Part shown: positions 26,065 through 38,941 of the stretch, piece after piece
Layout: every line of letters starts with the position of its first letter
Numbering within the stretch: the first letter of the stretch is position 1
NCBI RefSeq assembly: GCF_037042905.1
Contig: NC_087249.1
Span: 52,204,001-52,268,000, forward strand
Length of the DNA stretch: 64,000 nucleotides
Direction: 5' to 3'
Source: Lytechinus pictus
Lineage: Eukaryota
Position numbers and translations under genes: made by a program
The notes under the pieces: model-generated
The model's database searches: none
The model's input: only the letters and a program-made list of their open reading frames with translations
What the model was told of the DNA's origin: nothing

Positions 26065-26939
26065 TAGTGCTTCTGGATGTGTTCTTGATCTACAGTCTCA
26101 CTTACTCCTGGAGTCTGGTAGATATCCCTGGTGAAACCCCAAAGATTCGGGTAGTCAACGATCCGCTTCTTGTTACACTTGAAATGGTGGGCGTAGACCG
26201 TATCGAACCTTATGAGAGTGGTGAAGAGTCGAATGTCGGCTTCTGTCATCTTATCTCCACAAAGGTAACGGGATTTAGACAGCACTTCTTCGGCTCTATC
26301 AAGGGCGGCAAAGAGCTTGACGGCAGCTTCATCGTAAGCTTCCTGACTTGTTGCAAACCCGCATCGGTAAACACCATTGTTGATGTTCTCGTAGATCCAG
26401 GAGTTGATTTCATCAATATCTTTCAAAAGATCTGGAGAGCAGAGATCCAATTCTTGTTGTTCCTTGGTGGTCGAGAAGGAATTGAATTCATTGTTGAGCA
26501 TGCGTATGATTTCAGAGGACTCGTTGTTGACGATGGTCTTGTTTTTCTTATCCCACAGGACTGGCACCGACACACGTCCCGAGTAGTCAGGGCTAGCCAT
26601 TTCATAAACTTCCCTCAAACATTTACAGTTGTTCACAGTATCGAGTGACGTCTTTGGTTTATCTTCAGAGAAAAACCACCCTTTATCTCCGAGCAACCAG
26701 TCCACCACAGTGACTCCAATGACATCCTCCAGTCCCTTCAGTTTGCGGTAGATCAGTGTACGGTGGGCCCACGGGCAGGCGAGGGAAACGTAGAGGTGGT
26801 AGCGGCCCGACTCCGGCTGAAATTCCCCGTCGGCTGTTATCCAGTTTCGGAACACCGATGCATGGCGTTTAAATTCACCTTTCTTGGTTACACTGTCTTT
26901 CCATGAAGGTTCCACCTTCTGTCTCTTCGCAGAAGACAT
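26028..26939 (-). CDS. Glutathionyl-hydroquinone reductase paralogue 2, truncated by the transposon insertion at 26064 (reads through to RLDTFWKKRPI*)
   Basis: Canonical CPWAHR and NNGVYR motifs; collinear with paralogue 1 up to IQKHY. Confidence 0.88.
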   Translation of the reverse strand: MSSAKRQKVEPSWKDSVTKKGEFKRHASVFRNWITADGEFQPESGRYHLYVSLACPWAHRTLIYRKLKGLEDVIGVTVVDWLLGDKGWFFSEDKPKTSLDTVNNCKCLREVYEMASPDYSGRVSVPVLWDKKNKTIVNNESSEIIRMLNNEFNSFSTTKEQQELDLCSPDLLKDIDEINSWIYENINNGVYRCGFATSQEAYDEAAVKLFAALDRAEEVLSKSRYLCGDKMTEADIRLFTTLIRFDTVYAHHFKCNKKRIVDYPNLWGFTRDIYQTPGVSETVDQEHIQKHYRLDTFWKKRPI

Positions 26940-28769
26940 TTTTTAAATCTTATTCGAGATTTTTTCTTGTTTCGTTAAGTTATTAGACTATCGCATGCAG
27001 GACGAGTGGATCCAACTTTGCTTGGGGCATCGAAATCACATGTACAGTACAGATAATGAACATAAACGTACCATACCAGGGCAGTGTGCATGAGCAAACA
27101 ACTGTGAAGAATGATTCAGCAATATTTACCTCCGCTCCCCCAACCCCTGAATGATGGAAGGGAGTCGGGGCATCAGTGCAACAATACATCGTTCGAGGAT
27201 TGGAACGCTTGTTCGAGCGGGATGGAGGGGGGGGGGGGGGGCTTGACAATATCCCAACTGCGCCTCAATAAAGATTGTCCACTACAGCTAAATGTTACTT
27301 GTTTGTTGTTACCAACAACAGAGAAATCACAAAAATGCAATTCTAAGTTATTAAAAACTGGCTGAGAGACTAAGGTAGTTGTCATCGGTACAAATTCTAT
27401 TGAAATGTATGGCATCAATGGGGGAGCATGCCTATGGGGGATACATTCCCAAATAAGAGATATATATATACATGTATACTACATGCATGCAATAACCAAT
27501 ATTGTAAGTTTGTATATTAGAAGCCTGAAGTTTTAGACTACGAAACAGAAGCTCAACAGAGTCGCGTGCGACCTCCAGGGTGACCTTGTACGAGGTCAGA
27601 TTCTGTCTGCGGTCGGTCGGTCTTTATCCCAAATAAATATGTTTTCGCCATGTCCTCACCAGGTGAACTCTTGCTTGACCATTTGACGTCATTGCTCGTT
27701 CTTCTCGCTCATCCCTACTATTATAATCGTACGGATTATTATTATAATTTTTTGTTTGTTTGGGGGGAGGGGTGGGGGTATACGTACATTATATTACCAC
27801 CCCATTTTTGGTATTCATAGACAGTATGTTATCTTGAAGCGGGTTTATTGATGGTCATTTTTAATGATCGTGACATAAATTACTGAACTACAGTTGGGTA
27901 TGATGACCAAATAACATGCTAGAACTATAGTCAGAATTCTGAATGGTGCCTCGGATGGTGCCCAAATCATATTTTCACTGGGTGTATCTTATGAGAGACT
28001 ATTATCATAACTCCGATATTAATCCTAGTTTGCTCGACTTTAAAAAGTTGCTTTCAGTCATCTCAAATAATGTGTAGAAAATGAGTGAGTATACAAATTA
28101 AAGTCTAATCATAGGAAGCTGTTATACTGGCCGAGGAAACGGTGGTGTTCCTTTAAATCCTTGTCAGGAGTAACTATGAGAATGGGCGAAGGGACTTCTG
28201 GGTACCTTCTGCAAATCAATTTGGGGCATTGCAAACCACAATATAAACCTGCAAAACAGTGGAAATGGTTAAAATAAAGATGGGTTGAACAAATAATATT
28301 TTAAATTGGTATAATACCACATGATTGAGAGCATATTTCGGTAGAAATTTTTAATGTTCTATATCAGGTATGGGTATGACAGGGGGAGGGGGATTTATTC
28401 GAATAATAATTGCTTATACGCATTATTATGTAAATGAAAAGAAGAAATTACGAACTGACGGAGACGAACCTGATTAATCTGTAACATTCAGGGCTTTTGC
28501 AACGAAATCGATTCACATTGTAAATATTTTATTTTTATGTTAAATCTTTCTTATCTAATAAAAAATAGTTCAGAAAATATGGGAAATAATAATATCCAAA
28601 CTTTTAAGTATATAGTGTCATTAGTATCATAGGTCTATAATTTTCTTAAAGTGTGCAGTAGGCCTATTATTATGCAAACCATTCCTCTCCTCCCTCAAAT
28701 ATGGTGCTCGGATACTGGATTTTCGACAGTTTATTTATTATTTCATTATCGAGTTTTGACTAACCATAT

Positions 28770-28892
28770 AATGATAATAATAATAATGATTATAATAATA
28801 TAAATAATAATGATAACAATATATGATAATAATAATAAAAATAACATAATAATAATAATAATAACAATGATAACGATAATAACGATAATAAT
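28770..28892. repeat. (AAT)n microsatellite
   Basis: Imperfect AAT/GAT/AAC run. Confidence 0.85.
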
Positions 28893-29211
28893 ATATGGTT
28901 TGTATAGCACACCTGCTGTGTTAGGTGTTCAAGGCGCTTCTATATTATATACCCTATATTCATAGGGTATATACTTTTTTTTTGGTGTACAAATCATCTT
29001 ACTTGAATATTCATTATTTACTATTTTAAAAAAAATCTGAAACCCAGGCAGATCACCACAGGCCCGGACCACAGGCAAGCAAGGAGTTGTTTACAACGCC
29101 TATTATCGGCTGTAACAGCCCATACACGAGCGCATAGCATGACGTGTTTTGACGTTCAAAACAAAGGCCGTGTTCATGATCTCTCCACGTGCTGGTAACT
29201 ATGGTGGCCCT

Positions 29212-29663
29212 TATGGTGGCCCTGAAGGGACATCGCAAATATAGACCAAATCGCGAATATTCACGACGAAATTCACGACATCGTGAATTTCGTCGCCAAT
29301 TTCGTCGCGAATTATTCACGACGAAATTCACGACGTCGTGAATTTCGTCGCCAATTTCGTCGTGAATTTGTTTTGCTTGCCTGGGCGGTATGCGGGTTGA
29401 AACCAATTCGTCTGCTGCTAATTCCTCCACTGCAGGGTCGATACATTCATTCAGTCTAATGCAATTCTGTCCATTAACTTTTCGCCTAACAACCATATGG
29501 TCCAATAACCATTTGGTCCAGTCATCACTTCGTCTAATCACCAGTTCGTCGATGACCATTTCGTCTCATAACTAGTTGGTCTAATTGGTCGTGAATTTCG
29601 TCACCAATTTCGTCGTGAATATTCGCGATTTGGTCTATTCGATGTCCCTTCAGGGCCACCATA
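29212..29663. mobile_element. MITE with ~60-bp TIRs and internal TTCACGACG/CGTCGTGAA palindromic repeats
   Basis: TATGGTGGCCCTGAAGGGACATCG...CGATGTCCCTTCAGGGCCACCATA. The first 12 bp are tandemly duplicated at 29200-29211. Confidence 0.75.
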
Positions 29664-30094
29664 TATTTTGTGGACACTGGACAGTATGTTATGATCTCAT
29701 TTTAAGGCAGGGTAAGTTCACTTCTGTGCACCTTCCATGCTAGAATATATATATTATGACTTTGGCCTATTATCGTGATGCATGTTATTCGATTTTGTAA
29801 TTTTATTTTACTCATCAATTCGGTTACAGGGGATTACAGGTGTGAATATGAATATTGTGTGTTTTTACACGAGTGGATATATATACGGTAGTACATGCAG
29901 CAAAATAGTCCAATGACTGCGTGACGTATTATGTTGATTTCCGTTACTCCTATACTCGTATAGGCCTATTTCTATAGTTTGTATAAGATTTGTATTTTTC
30001 TTTTTTTACACACTCAGTGCAGCTTTAGTTTTCGTACATTGATATCATATCTCTGTATCAGTATATTGCGTTTTTTTTTAATTCTGCTCCTCTA

Positions 30095-33000
30095 ATGAGA
30101 AGTAATAGTAATCTTTGTCATAACTGTTGTAAACTACAATCAATTGGAGTCAATGCATTATGTGTTCCTTGCAGTTCAGAAATATTCCCTTTTAATCATT
30201 ATCAAGATGATGATGAATTTATATTGTCTGTATTTACTTTTTTTCATTTAGAAAAAAATATTAATGAAGAAAAATATAACTCTTTATCTGTTAACCCTCT
30301 TAGTCTAAATGATATTGGGAATGACTTGAATACATTACAATTCTCACTTGATGATAATGATGTAATAAATGATCCCTGTACGTATATGTTTTCTGATGAT
30401 TTCGTCCAAAAATATAAATCTACTCCTCAAACTTTTTCAATACTACATGTCAATTCAAGGAGCCTGGTTCGTAACTATGATGAATTACAACTTCTACTCA
30501 ATTCATTAAAGGGATGGTCCGGGCTGAAAATATTTATATCTTAATACATAGAGTAGAATTCACTGAGCAAAATGCCGAAAATTTCATCAAAATCGGATAA
30601 CAAATAATAAAGTTATTGAAGTTTAAAGTTTTGCAATATTTTGTGAAAACAGTCGTCATGAATATTCATTAGGTGGGCTGATGATGTCACATCTCCACTT
30701 TCCGTTCTCTTATGGTATTACATAAAATCATATTTTTTTCATTATTTCATACTTGTGTGAATAATATGTCTCCCTTATAAGGAAATAAGTTGCATCAATA
30801 AATATCTAATGCACTAAATCAGTTGTCATTTCAATTTTTCTAGTTCTTGGAGGAAAAAATTTGAATAAACCTCATTTCATATAATAAAATACAAAAGAAC
30901 AAGTGGAGATGTGACATCATCAGCCCACCTAATGAATATTCATGACGACTGTTTTCCCCAAATATTGCTAAACTTTAAAATTCAATAACTTTGTTATTTG
31001 TTATCCGATTTTGATGAAATTTTGACATTGTGCTCAGTGAATTATACTCTATTTATTAAGCTATAAATACTTTCAGCCCGGACCATCCCTTTAAATTATA
31101 GGTTTACAATTATTGGAATTTCTGAAACTTGGTTTCGTAGCAATATTCTACTTCATATGTTTGAAATCGATGGATACTCACTTGTCCATATAGATAGACT
31201 TAATAAACACGGAGGAGGAGTAGCTTTATATATTAGAGACGATATTGAATATAATTTATGTTCTGATATATCTTTTAGCCGTGATCATTGTGACACTCTC
31301 TTTATTGAAATTCAACAACCCAAAAAGAAAGCAATTATTATTGGATGTGTTTACAGAGTACCTAATACTGATATTGCCATGTTTGAAGAAACACTCTCAA
31401 GTATTTTTGTCAATATTAATCCACATAATAAAGAAATATATGTTAGGTGATTTCAATATCAATTTACTAAATTATGATATCAATTATAAAACTAGTCATT
31501 TTTGGATACTCTGTTTTCATATGGTTTATTTCCATCTATTACTAAACCAACACGGGTAACTAGACATTCTGCAACTTTGATTGAAAACATTTTTACCAAT
31601 TGTATTCATATGCATAAAAACTGTGGGATAATATATTCCGATATCTCAGATAATTTCCCGATTTTTTGTTTGAAAGATGAATTACCAATTTCTATTAATC
31701 CACCTTCTTGTACAAAATCACGCGTTATTACAAATGAGAAAATTAACTTATTTAAAAGTAAACTACACTTGATTGACTGGTCAGTCATTTACTGTCAAAC
31801 AGATGTTAATATATCTTATGAACTATTCATTCATAAACTTAGTCATTTATATTTCGAATGTTTTCCACTTGTAAAGAGGAAAGTCCGTAACAAATACGAT
31901 AAGCCTTGGATCACAAACGGTATTAGCAAATCTATTAAGAAAAAACATAAACTTTACTGTCGTTATCTAAAGAAGGCTGACATTTTTAAATCGTGATAAA
32001 TATGTTAGGTACAAGAATATTTTAACTGGTATCATTCGTCAACGTAAAAAATATATTATGAAAACTTATTTAAAAACGTGAAAGGTAACATGAAAAAAAC
32101 TTGGTCCGTAATAAACAAGCTCCTGGGTAAGAGAAAAAAGTCAATACCTTCTCATATGTACTACAATCAAACCAAAATATTGGGTAGGGGGTAAAGCTTC
32201 TATTGCTGAAGCATTCAATAATTATTTTGTTGATATCGGTAAGATTACACAAGAAAGGATACCCATTTCCTCGTCTCATTTTCATGACTATTTATTCAAC
32301 CGTGTACCAATTTCACTATTCTTTAACCCAACTTCCCATACCGAAATACTTAATGTTCTCTCTTCCATGAAATCATCTGTCTCACCAGGTTCAGACTGCA
32401 TTGCAGCACATGTTATTAAGGCATGTATCCATTCTATTATTAACCCACTTTGCTTTATATTCAATGAATCAATGTCGCAAGGCACTGTTCTTGATAAACT
32501 TAAGACTGCTATGATAGTACCCATTTACAAAAAGGGTGATAAGCATGACATCATTAATTATAGACCTATTGCCCTTTTATCTTTCTTTTCAAAAATGCTA
32601 GAAAAAATCATTTATACGCGGCTTTTCAAATTCCTCTCGTCCAATGACATATTAATACCACAACAATTTTGATTTAGAAAAGATTTTTCTACAGAACTTG
32701 GTGTATTAAATTTAATAAACATTATATCACAAGCAATCGATGATAGCAACTATTGTCTTAGTGTATTTATGGACCTCTCAAAGGCATTTGACACCATCGA
32801 TCATCACATTTTGATAAGTAAATTAGAAAACTATGGTGTTAGAGGGGTTCCATTACAGTGGTTCACCAGTTATTTGATACATAGAAGGCAACAAGTGGTG
32901 GTCGATGGTGTCAAATCTAATCTAAGTTATATATCTTGTGGAATTCCTCAGGGGTCTGTGTTAGGCCCCCTTCTCTTTCTTTTATATATAAATGATATAA

Positions 33001-34080
33001 TTAATTGCTCCTCAGTTTTACGATTTTCATTATTTGCTGATGATACCACTGTTACACTTACTCACAAAAAATTAATGATCTTATATCATCAGCAAATGAT
33101 GAATTGGATAAACTACCTAAATGGTTCGTTTGTAATAAACTGCTCTTGAATTCTGAGAAGACCAAGTATATAATTTTTTGAGGGAGAGGTAAGACGGTCC
33201 CTCTGAATATTACTAATCTTATTATTGGTGGTAATGTTATCTCTAAAGTTGACAGTATCCAATTTTTAGGTGTCTTTTTAAATGAATATCTTTCTTGGAA
33301 ACCCCATCTCAACTCAGTTTGTACTAAAATATCAAGATCTATCGGGGTTCTCTGCAGACTTAGACTTTTTATGCCTCAGACTATGTTGACTACTTTATAT
33401 AACAGTATTATTCTCCCACACTTAAACTACTGTAATATTGTCTGGGGGCACACATTTAAAACTCACTTAGATAAGTTATGCATTCTACAAAAGAAAGCAA
33501 TCCGAATTATATGTAATGCTGCATTTAATAGTCACTCCAAACCGCTATTTACCCAATTAAACATTTTACAATTAAATAGCTTAATATCATTGAATTCTCT
33601 TGTTTTCATGTACAAGTTCCACACTAAAATTTTACCTCCTACCTTAAGAGATATTTTTGCTCCAAATTCATCAGTTCATACTTACAATACTCGTCAATGT
33701 GATCTCATTCGTCTCCCCCAAGTTCGAACTTCTGTCGTTTCTAATTCTTTTAAAATGACTTTCCCTAAATTATGGAATAAACTTCCCAATGACATTAAAA
33801 ACAGCTCCACTATTACTAGATTTAAAAAGTTATGCAGGGCAATGTTAACCTCTTAACCTTATGAAATTACCAATTTTTTTTTTGGCTGCATGAGTGTGTT
33901 ATTATGTTTGTGTTTTTGATAATTGTTGATATATATGTTACCTGGTGGCCCCTTTTATAAGCCTTGCTTCTCCGGGGTCACCTTACCATCATTGTAATTT
34001 CCCTTCATTGTTGTTAATTTGTTTGTATTGTTTTTGTATTTGATGGTTAACAATAAATTGAATTGAATTGAATTGAATTT
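30095..34080 (+). mobile_element. Near-full-length ORF2 and 3'UTR of an L2/CR1-group LINE, frameshifted
   Basis: Cys-rich start, VNSRSL, GISETW, LGDFNI, NYRPIA, DLSKAFD, GIPQGSVLGP, FADDT; 3' hairpin, AATAAA and an (AATTG)n tail. Confidence 0.93.
30510..31090. mobile_element. Kolobok-like MITE inserted in the LINE endonuclease region
   Basis: TTAA TSD; AGGGATGGTCCGGGCTGAAA TIRs extending ~200 bp. Excision restores LLNSLNYRFTIIGISETW. Confidence 0.85.
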
Positions 34081-34093
34081 CTCTGTCCGAGTG

Positions 34094-34445
34094 AGGGGGG
34101 GGGGGGCACTTACATTGACGGCTGGATACCATGCACGACCAAAAAAAAACACGTAAAAAGGATGTCTTTTTCAAGATAGGGCACGTTACGTTTCTAACGA
34201 AATCAGGGTGTCAAAAATAATGTTGGAAAAATGGGTATTAATTTTGCTAGGAAAGCTACGTGTTTAAAGTCAAATTTGCGAGGGTAATAAAAAGACTACA
34301 AATTTTTATAAAGGATTTTTGCCCCAACAGTCAATACTTGTTAAGGGGTGCATTTTCAGAATATTGAAAATACTTGTTTAGTGTGCTTTTCGAGACTCCA
34401 TGGTCGCGCATAGTATCCATTCGTCAATGGAAGTGCCCCCCCCCC
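34094..34445. mobile_element. MITE with poly-G/poly-C termini
   Basis: GGGGCACTTACATTGACG...GGATACCATGCACGACC mirrors GGTCGCGCATAGTATCC...CGTCAATGGAAGTGCCCC. Confidence 0.65.
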
Positions 34446-35104
34446 TTCGTGTACTATGTCATGCCTATCATGTTACTCGGCCATTCCATTAATTGTGACA
34501 TTTACACAAAATTTCAATGTCTTAATGTCAATTACTTGAAAATCGTATACTGTGGACTTGTATTTCCTATTTATTTCTACCAAAGTATTGATAATACACA
34601 TGTCCAGCAAAAAATTGAATAATTTACACTCATTTTTGTAGAAGATATTTCAATTTGTTTGTTGTGACTCGCGTGACGCGACACAATGAGATTCTTGACC
34701 TTACTGTATTTGTCTGTAATTTCCTCGCAAGCAGGGGTGGCGGAACCGGGGTCAGGGGGGGGGGGGCGGGGCACTTGCCCCCTCCCCCAAAAATCCAATA
34801 GGAAAAACCAATTTTTTTTTTTTAAATGGAAAGTGCCTTTCTGTTATTGCGTAATTTGTCTTAAAAAATATTGACCTGACAAAAGTCTCATTTTCAGGAG
34901 AGAAAATATGACATTTGTACAGTGGTGAACACAAAATTAGGGGTACTTGTTTTGGGTTCCAATAGACCTTAAAGGGCTATTTTCGTGAAGAATTTGTCAT
35001 TTCCAGGGCCTCTAAGTATAACAGTGTTTGAACCACTGACAGAGTCACCCTGGTAAAATAAGACGTAATAAATGAATAAATAAATAAATGAAAATAAATT
35101 TCCA

Positions 35105-35810
35105 TTTTTGTGTCTCCTGCATAGCAGAATGAGACTACATGTATATAGGCGCCGCTTTCCGACGGCGGCCTCAACAACAAATCTTAACCGAAGGTTAAGT
35201 TTTTGAAATGACAGCATTGACCTAGTTCATGAAACTTGGCCATAAGGTTAATCAATAAACAACATCGTGCCCGAATTTCAGGTCACATGACCAAGGTCAA
35301 AGGTCATTTAGGGCAATGAACTTAGACCATGTTAGGGGAATCAATAATATCGTAATCTTAACCTAAGGTTAAGTTTTTGAAATGTCATCACAACTTACAA
35401 AGTATATAAACATAGTTCATTAAACTTACACATAAAGATAATGAAGTATTACTGAATACCCTGCTTGAGTTTCAGGTCACAAGACCAAGGTCAAAGGTCA
35501 TTTAAGGTCGATGAACTTTGGCCATGTTGTAGGTAATTGTTAAATTGCCATCATAACTTTGAAGGTTTATGGATTTAGTTAATGAAATATGGACATTGGG
35601 GTAATCCAGTATCATTGCTCATCTTGCACAAGTCGTAGGTCACTTGATCAAGGTCAAATGTCATTTAGGGTCAATGAACGTAGTATTTTTAATGTTATTA
35701 TAAATGGTGTTTTTTGTGAATAATTATTTTATAGTCATTTCCAAAGTCAGCACTGCTGCTATATTGAATCGCGTAATGCAGGCGAAACTGCCAAAGGCGC
35801 TCCACTTGTT
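35105..35810 (+). mobile_element. Non-autonomous Helentron/DINE-like element, copy 1
   Basis: Starts in a T-run; subterminal inverted repeat (tctcctgca/tgcaggcga); ends ...ccacttgtt; internal AGGTCA-rich tandem units; homologous to 44136-45480. Confidence 0.7.
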
Positions 35811-36062
35811 ATTTACTTACTTCATTAAATGCGAAACTTGAAATGTGTTTGTTAATAACATCAGACTTTTTACGAATACATCCAATAATATGGATGGATG
35901 ATCCCCCTCCCAACCCCCCCCCCCCCACATTCGACAATGGTGGATTTGCCCCAGAACATCATACCGTACGTATTCGGCTTTTTTAGAGATAAATATGAAA
36001 TGAATAATAATATTAATGATTATTTGTATTTCATTGTCTTTTCTTCAACTTTCAGGGGAGCA

Positions 36063-37400
36063 ATGGATGTCAATGAGATCGTCTCTAGTTTCGAATACAA
36101 TGATATTTCCTTTGTAAGGTTTGAGCAAACGGACCTGTACGGCGTCGCCAGGTCCAAGACGATTCCTGCCCAACACTTCAAGCATAAAGCTGTGAATGGA
36201 CTCAACTTCTACCTCGGTCACCTCGGCTATGATCCTCAAGCTGGATTTGTAGAGGACAGTGCCTATACTGCAGCGGCAGGGCAATGTGATGCTGTATGTT
36301 TCCCAGACCTTGAAACTTACCAAAAGCTACCATGGAGCAAGAGGACTGCTCGGATTCTGATCGAGCCAACGTACAAGGGAAAGTTAGTTGAAGCCCATCC
36401 GAGGGTGGTGGCAAGGAGACAACTGGAGAAGCTGAAGGAGATGGGATATTCGCTTCTGTCAGCTCACGAGCACGAGTTCTATCTGGTGGAGAAGGAATCT
36501 CGGAAACCCATTGATGACGTTGTCAACATCCGGTCTACGATTCGGCTGGCTGCTTGTGAAGATATAGTGTACACCTTTTTGGATGGATTGATAGGTGCTG
36601 GTGTTGATATGGAATGCGCAGAGACCGAGTACGGCCCTGGGCAAATTGAGATCTCATACAGACCAGCGTTTGGGATTCGAGCAGCGGACAACGCTCATAC
36701 TTACAAGACAGGAATTAAGGAGATGGCTCTCAAGAATGGCTACATGGCAACCTTCATGTCCAAACCATTCCCCAACAGGAGCGGATCAGCTTGTCATTTC
36801 TGCCATTCCTTGTGGGACATCCCAGGTGAGACACCTCTACTCTACGATGCCGACCGTCCTACAGGGATTACATCCGTTGGTGAACATTGGATTGCGGGTC
36901 TCCTCGAGCACACCCCTGCAATCTCTTTGCTTATGGCACCGACTATCAACTGTCTAAAGCGATATCTCCCAAACTCCTTTGCACCATCCAATGCAACGTG
37001 GGGCATAGACAATCGCACGTGCGCTTTTCGAGTAAAACTGAATGGTAAAGAAGGTACCTATATCGAGAATCGATTAGGGGCCAGTGGTTGCAATCCTTAC
37101 ATCGCCTTAGCTGCTACCGTGGCTGCAGGAATGGATGGTATCAACAGGAAACTACCATTGCCACCCTGTGTGAAAGAAACCGGAAATGCCTACAACCTTG
37201 AGGACATCCCACCTGGTACTGCGAACGTTCCAACCGATATGGAAGAAGCCATGAGAACCCTCCAAGCAGACGATATCATTACTTCGGCTCTTGGGAAAGA
37301 GTTCATAGAATGCTTCCTTGCTGCAAAGAGACATGAAGTTCTTCTACAAGAAAAGAATGATGAAAATTGGGAACAAGATCTCTTCTTTGAATACATGTAG
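36063..37400 (+). CDS. Lengsin-like GSI-fold glutamine-synthetase-family protein, 445 aa; possibly a gamma-glutamyl-amine ligase
   Basis: FVRFEQTDLYGVARSKTIP (lengsin-like), EHEFY, ETEYGPGQIEI, ATFMSKP, SGSACHFCHSLW, WGIDNRT..RV, IENR, NPY. The acceptor ttttcttcaactttcag at 36055 places the start at ATG 36063 rather than 35898. Confidence 0.92.
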   Translation: MDVNEIVSSFEYNDISFVRFEQTDLYGVARSKTIPAQHFKHKAVNGLNFYLGHLGYDPQAGFVEDSAYTAAAGQCDAVCFPDLETYQKLPWSKRTARILIEPTYKGKLVEAHPRVVARRQLEKLKEMGYSLLSAHEHEFYLVEKESRKPIDDVVNIRSTIRLAACEDIVYTFLDGLIGAGVDMECAETEYGPGQIEISYRPAFGIRAADNAHTYKTGIKEMALKNGYMATFMSKPFPNRSGSACHFCHSLWDIPGETPLLYDADRPTGITSVGEHWIAGLLEHTPAISLLMAPTINCLKRYLPNSFAPSNATWGIDNRTCAFRVKLNGKEGTYIENRLGASGCNPYIALAATVAAGMDGINRKLPLPPCVKETGNAYNLEDIPPGTANVPTDMEEAMRTLQADDIITSALGKEFIECFLAAKRHEVLLQEKNDENWEQDLFFEYM

Positions 37401-37714
37401 AGCTGAGATAAGATCATAAAAATGTAGGCGCAATATAATATTAATAACTATCATTCCTTAATTGGGATCTGATAAGTGGTGATTAGGTCTATGAGTGTAG
37501 ACTCTGTGAGCGATAAATGTACATATTTAGAATTTTGTTTATCTTTCAAAAATGTATCGATATGCATGTAATTGACATTTATAAGACAGGGATCTTTACC
37601 TTGCTATCAGAATTCATCTTATGAAAATACTTGTTACCCACCTATGCATCGTAATGTTTACCACAGGGTCTTTTTCCTGTGGATAATTAGCATTATAATT
37701 GTTTAGATCCTATT

Positions 37715-37830
37715 TACCTCTCCCCCCCCCCTCTCTCCCCCTCTCTCTCTCTCTCTCTCTCTCCACCTCACATCCTCTCTCTTTCTTTCTTGCCATGTCT
37801 GCCTTTCTGACGGATCTCTCTCTTCTCTGT
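37715..37830. repeat. CT-rich microsatellite
   Basis: (CT)n and polypyrimidine tract. Confidence 0.8.
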
Positions 37831-38941
37831 CTCTTCTCCTCCAGTCACTTAGTGTTCCGATCTTCCCCTTTCATTTACCGTCAGATAGGACTGGTAAGCA
37901 ATATACAGTACAGTATTCAGTTCTAACTCGGTTTTTATGCCTATAAGAAAACGGGTTCTCTTTCTCCCTTCATCTTTCTATGTAACTTCAGTAGAAAAAA
38001 ATGATCTCAGCACAAATTTTGTATAGATTAAAATGATCTTTATTATAATTGAGGAATAAATTCCTAGTTATGGTTGTTTATTAATATTTTGAAAATGATA
38101 TAGGTATACAGTATAGTATTCATTTCTAACTCTGTTTTTATACCTATTAGAAATCGGGTTGTCGAAAGTGTGTGCACAGTATTATCTTCATGGTGAATTA
38201 AGAAGAGGTGGTAGGTTATAACAGCTCATTCAATAAAGAACACAGACAAGGTAAGAAGTTACACTTCCGGTCTTCAAATCGATAAATTTCTCAGAACAGC
38301 AGTACTGTACATCTTCTTGGACAAGAACAAAGCGGCAAAAATATATTTGCAGTATGTTTTTAGTTAAAAAAAAACATTCAAATAATGTTCTACTAATATA
38401 ATTGAAGAATGTATTCCTTGTATAAAGACAGGCTATAGCTATACAAGCTATATCTTTGAAGTAGGCCTATAATGTCTTAAAACCTAAGTATATAGGCCTA
38501 ATTATGTTGCATTATGAATTGTAGAGCGGTTTAAACTGGGTGACCCACGAAGAACACTTGCGCCTTACAGCGCTTTCTGTGCGGTAATTCTGCTGCGGTG
38601 TTATCATGGTTATAGTGGCTGATTTTGATAGTGACTTGTTAGGGCTGACAACACCGCCACTAACTTTTTCCCATCAGAGTACGCATGCGCGTGGACTAAT
38701 AAGTAAACGTAAAGTTCGGAATTAACCAGTTCTAAGTTAACCATAGCGTTAGTCGGCATTAGACAGGTCCAGATTTGAGATAAAGTTAATGCCCTAGCCT
38801 AGGCTAGCCCTATCATATAGCCTAGCATTTTGTCTTGTAAATTGGATAAGTGTTTAAGAATTGGATCTAGATATAAATCTAAGCCTAAAGCCTATATAAG
38901 GGTACCGGTAATTTGAGGGTGCTGATTCAATCATGGTAACG

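Noticed and set aside
35898-36062. N-terminal 55 aa of the 500-aa ORF
   Set aside because: Low-complexity, intron-like sequence ending in a strong acceptor at 36055.
38200-38256. Possible non-coding first exon (AAG|GTAAGA) for the GS-like duplicate
   Set aside because: No homologous sequence found upstream of the intact copy; the donor motif alone is insufficient.
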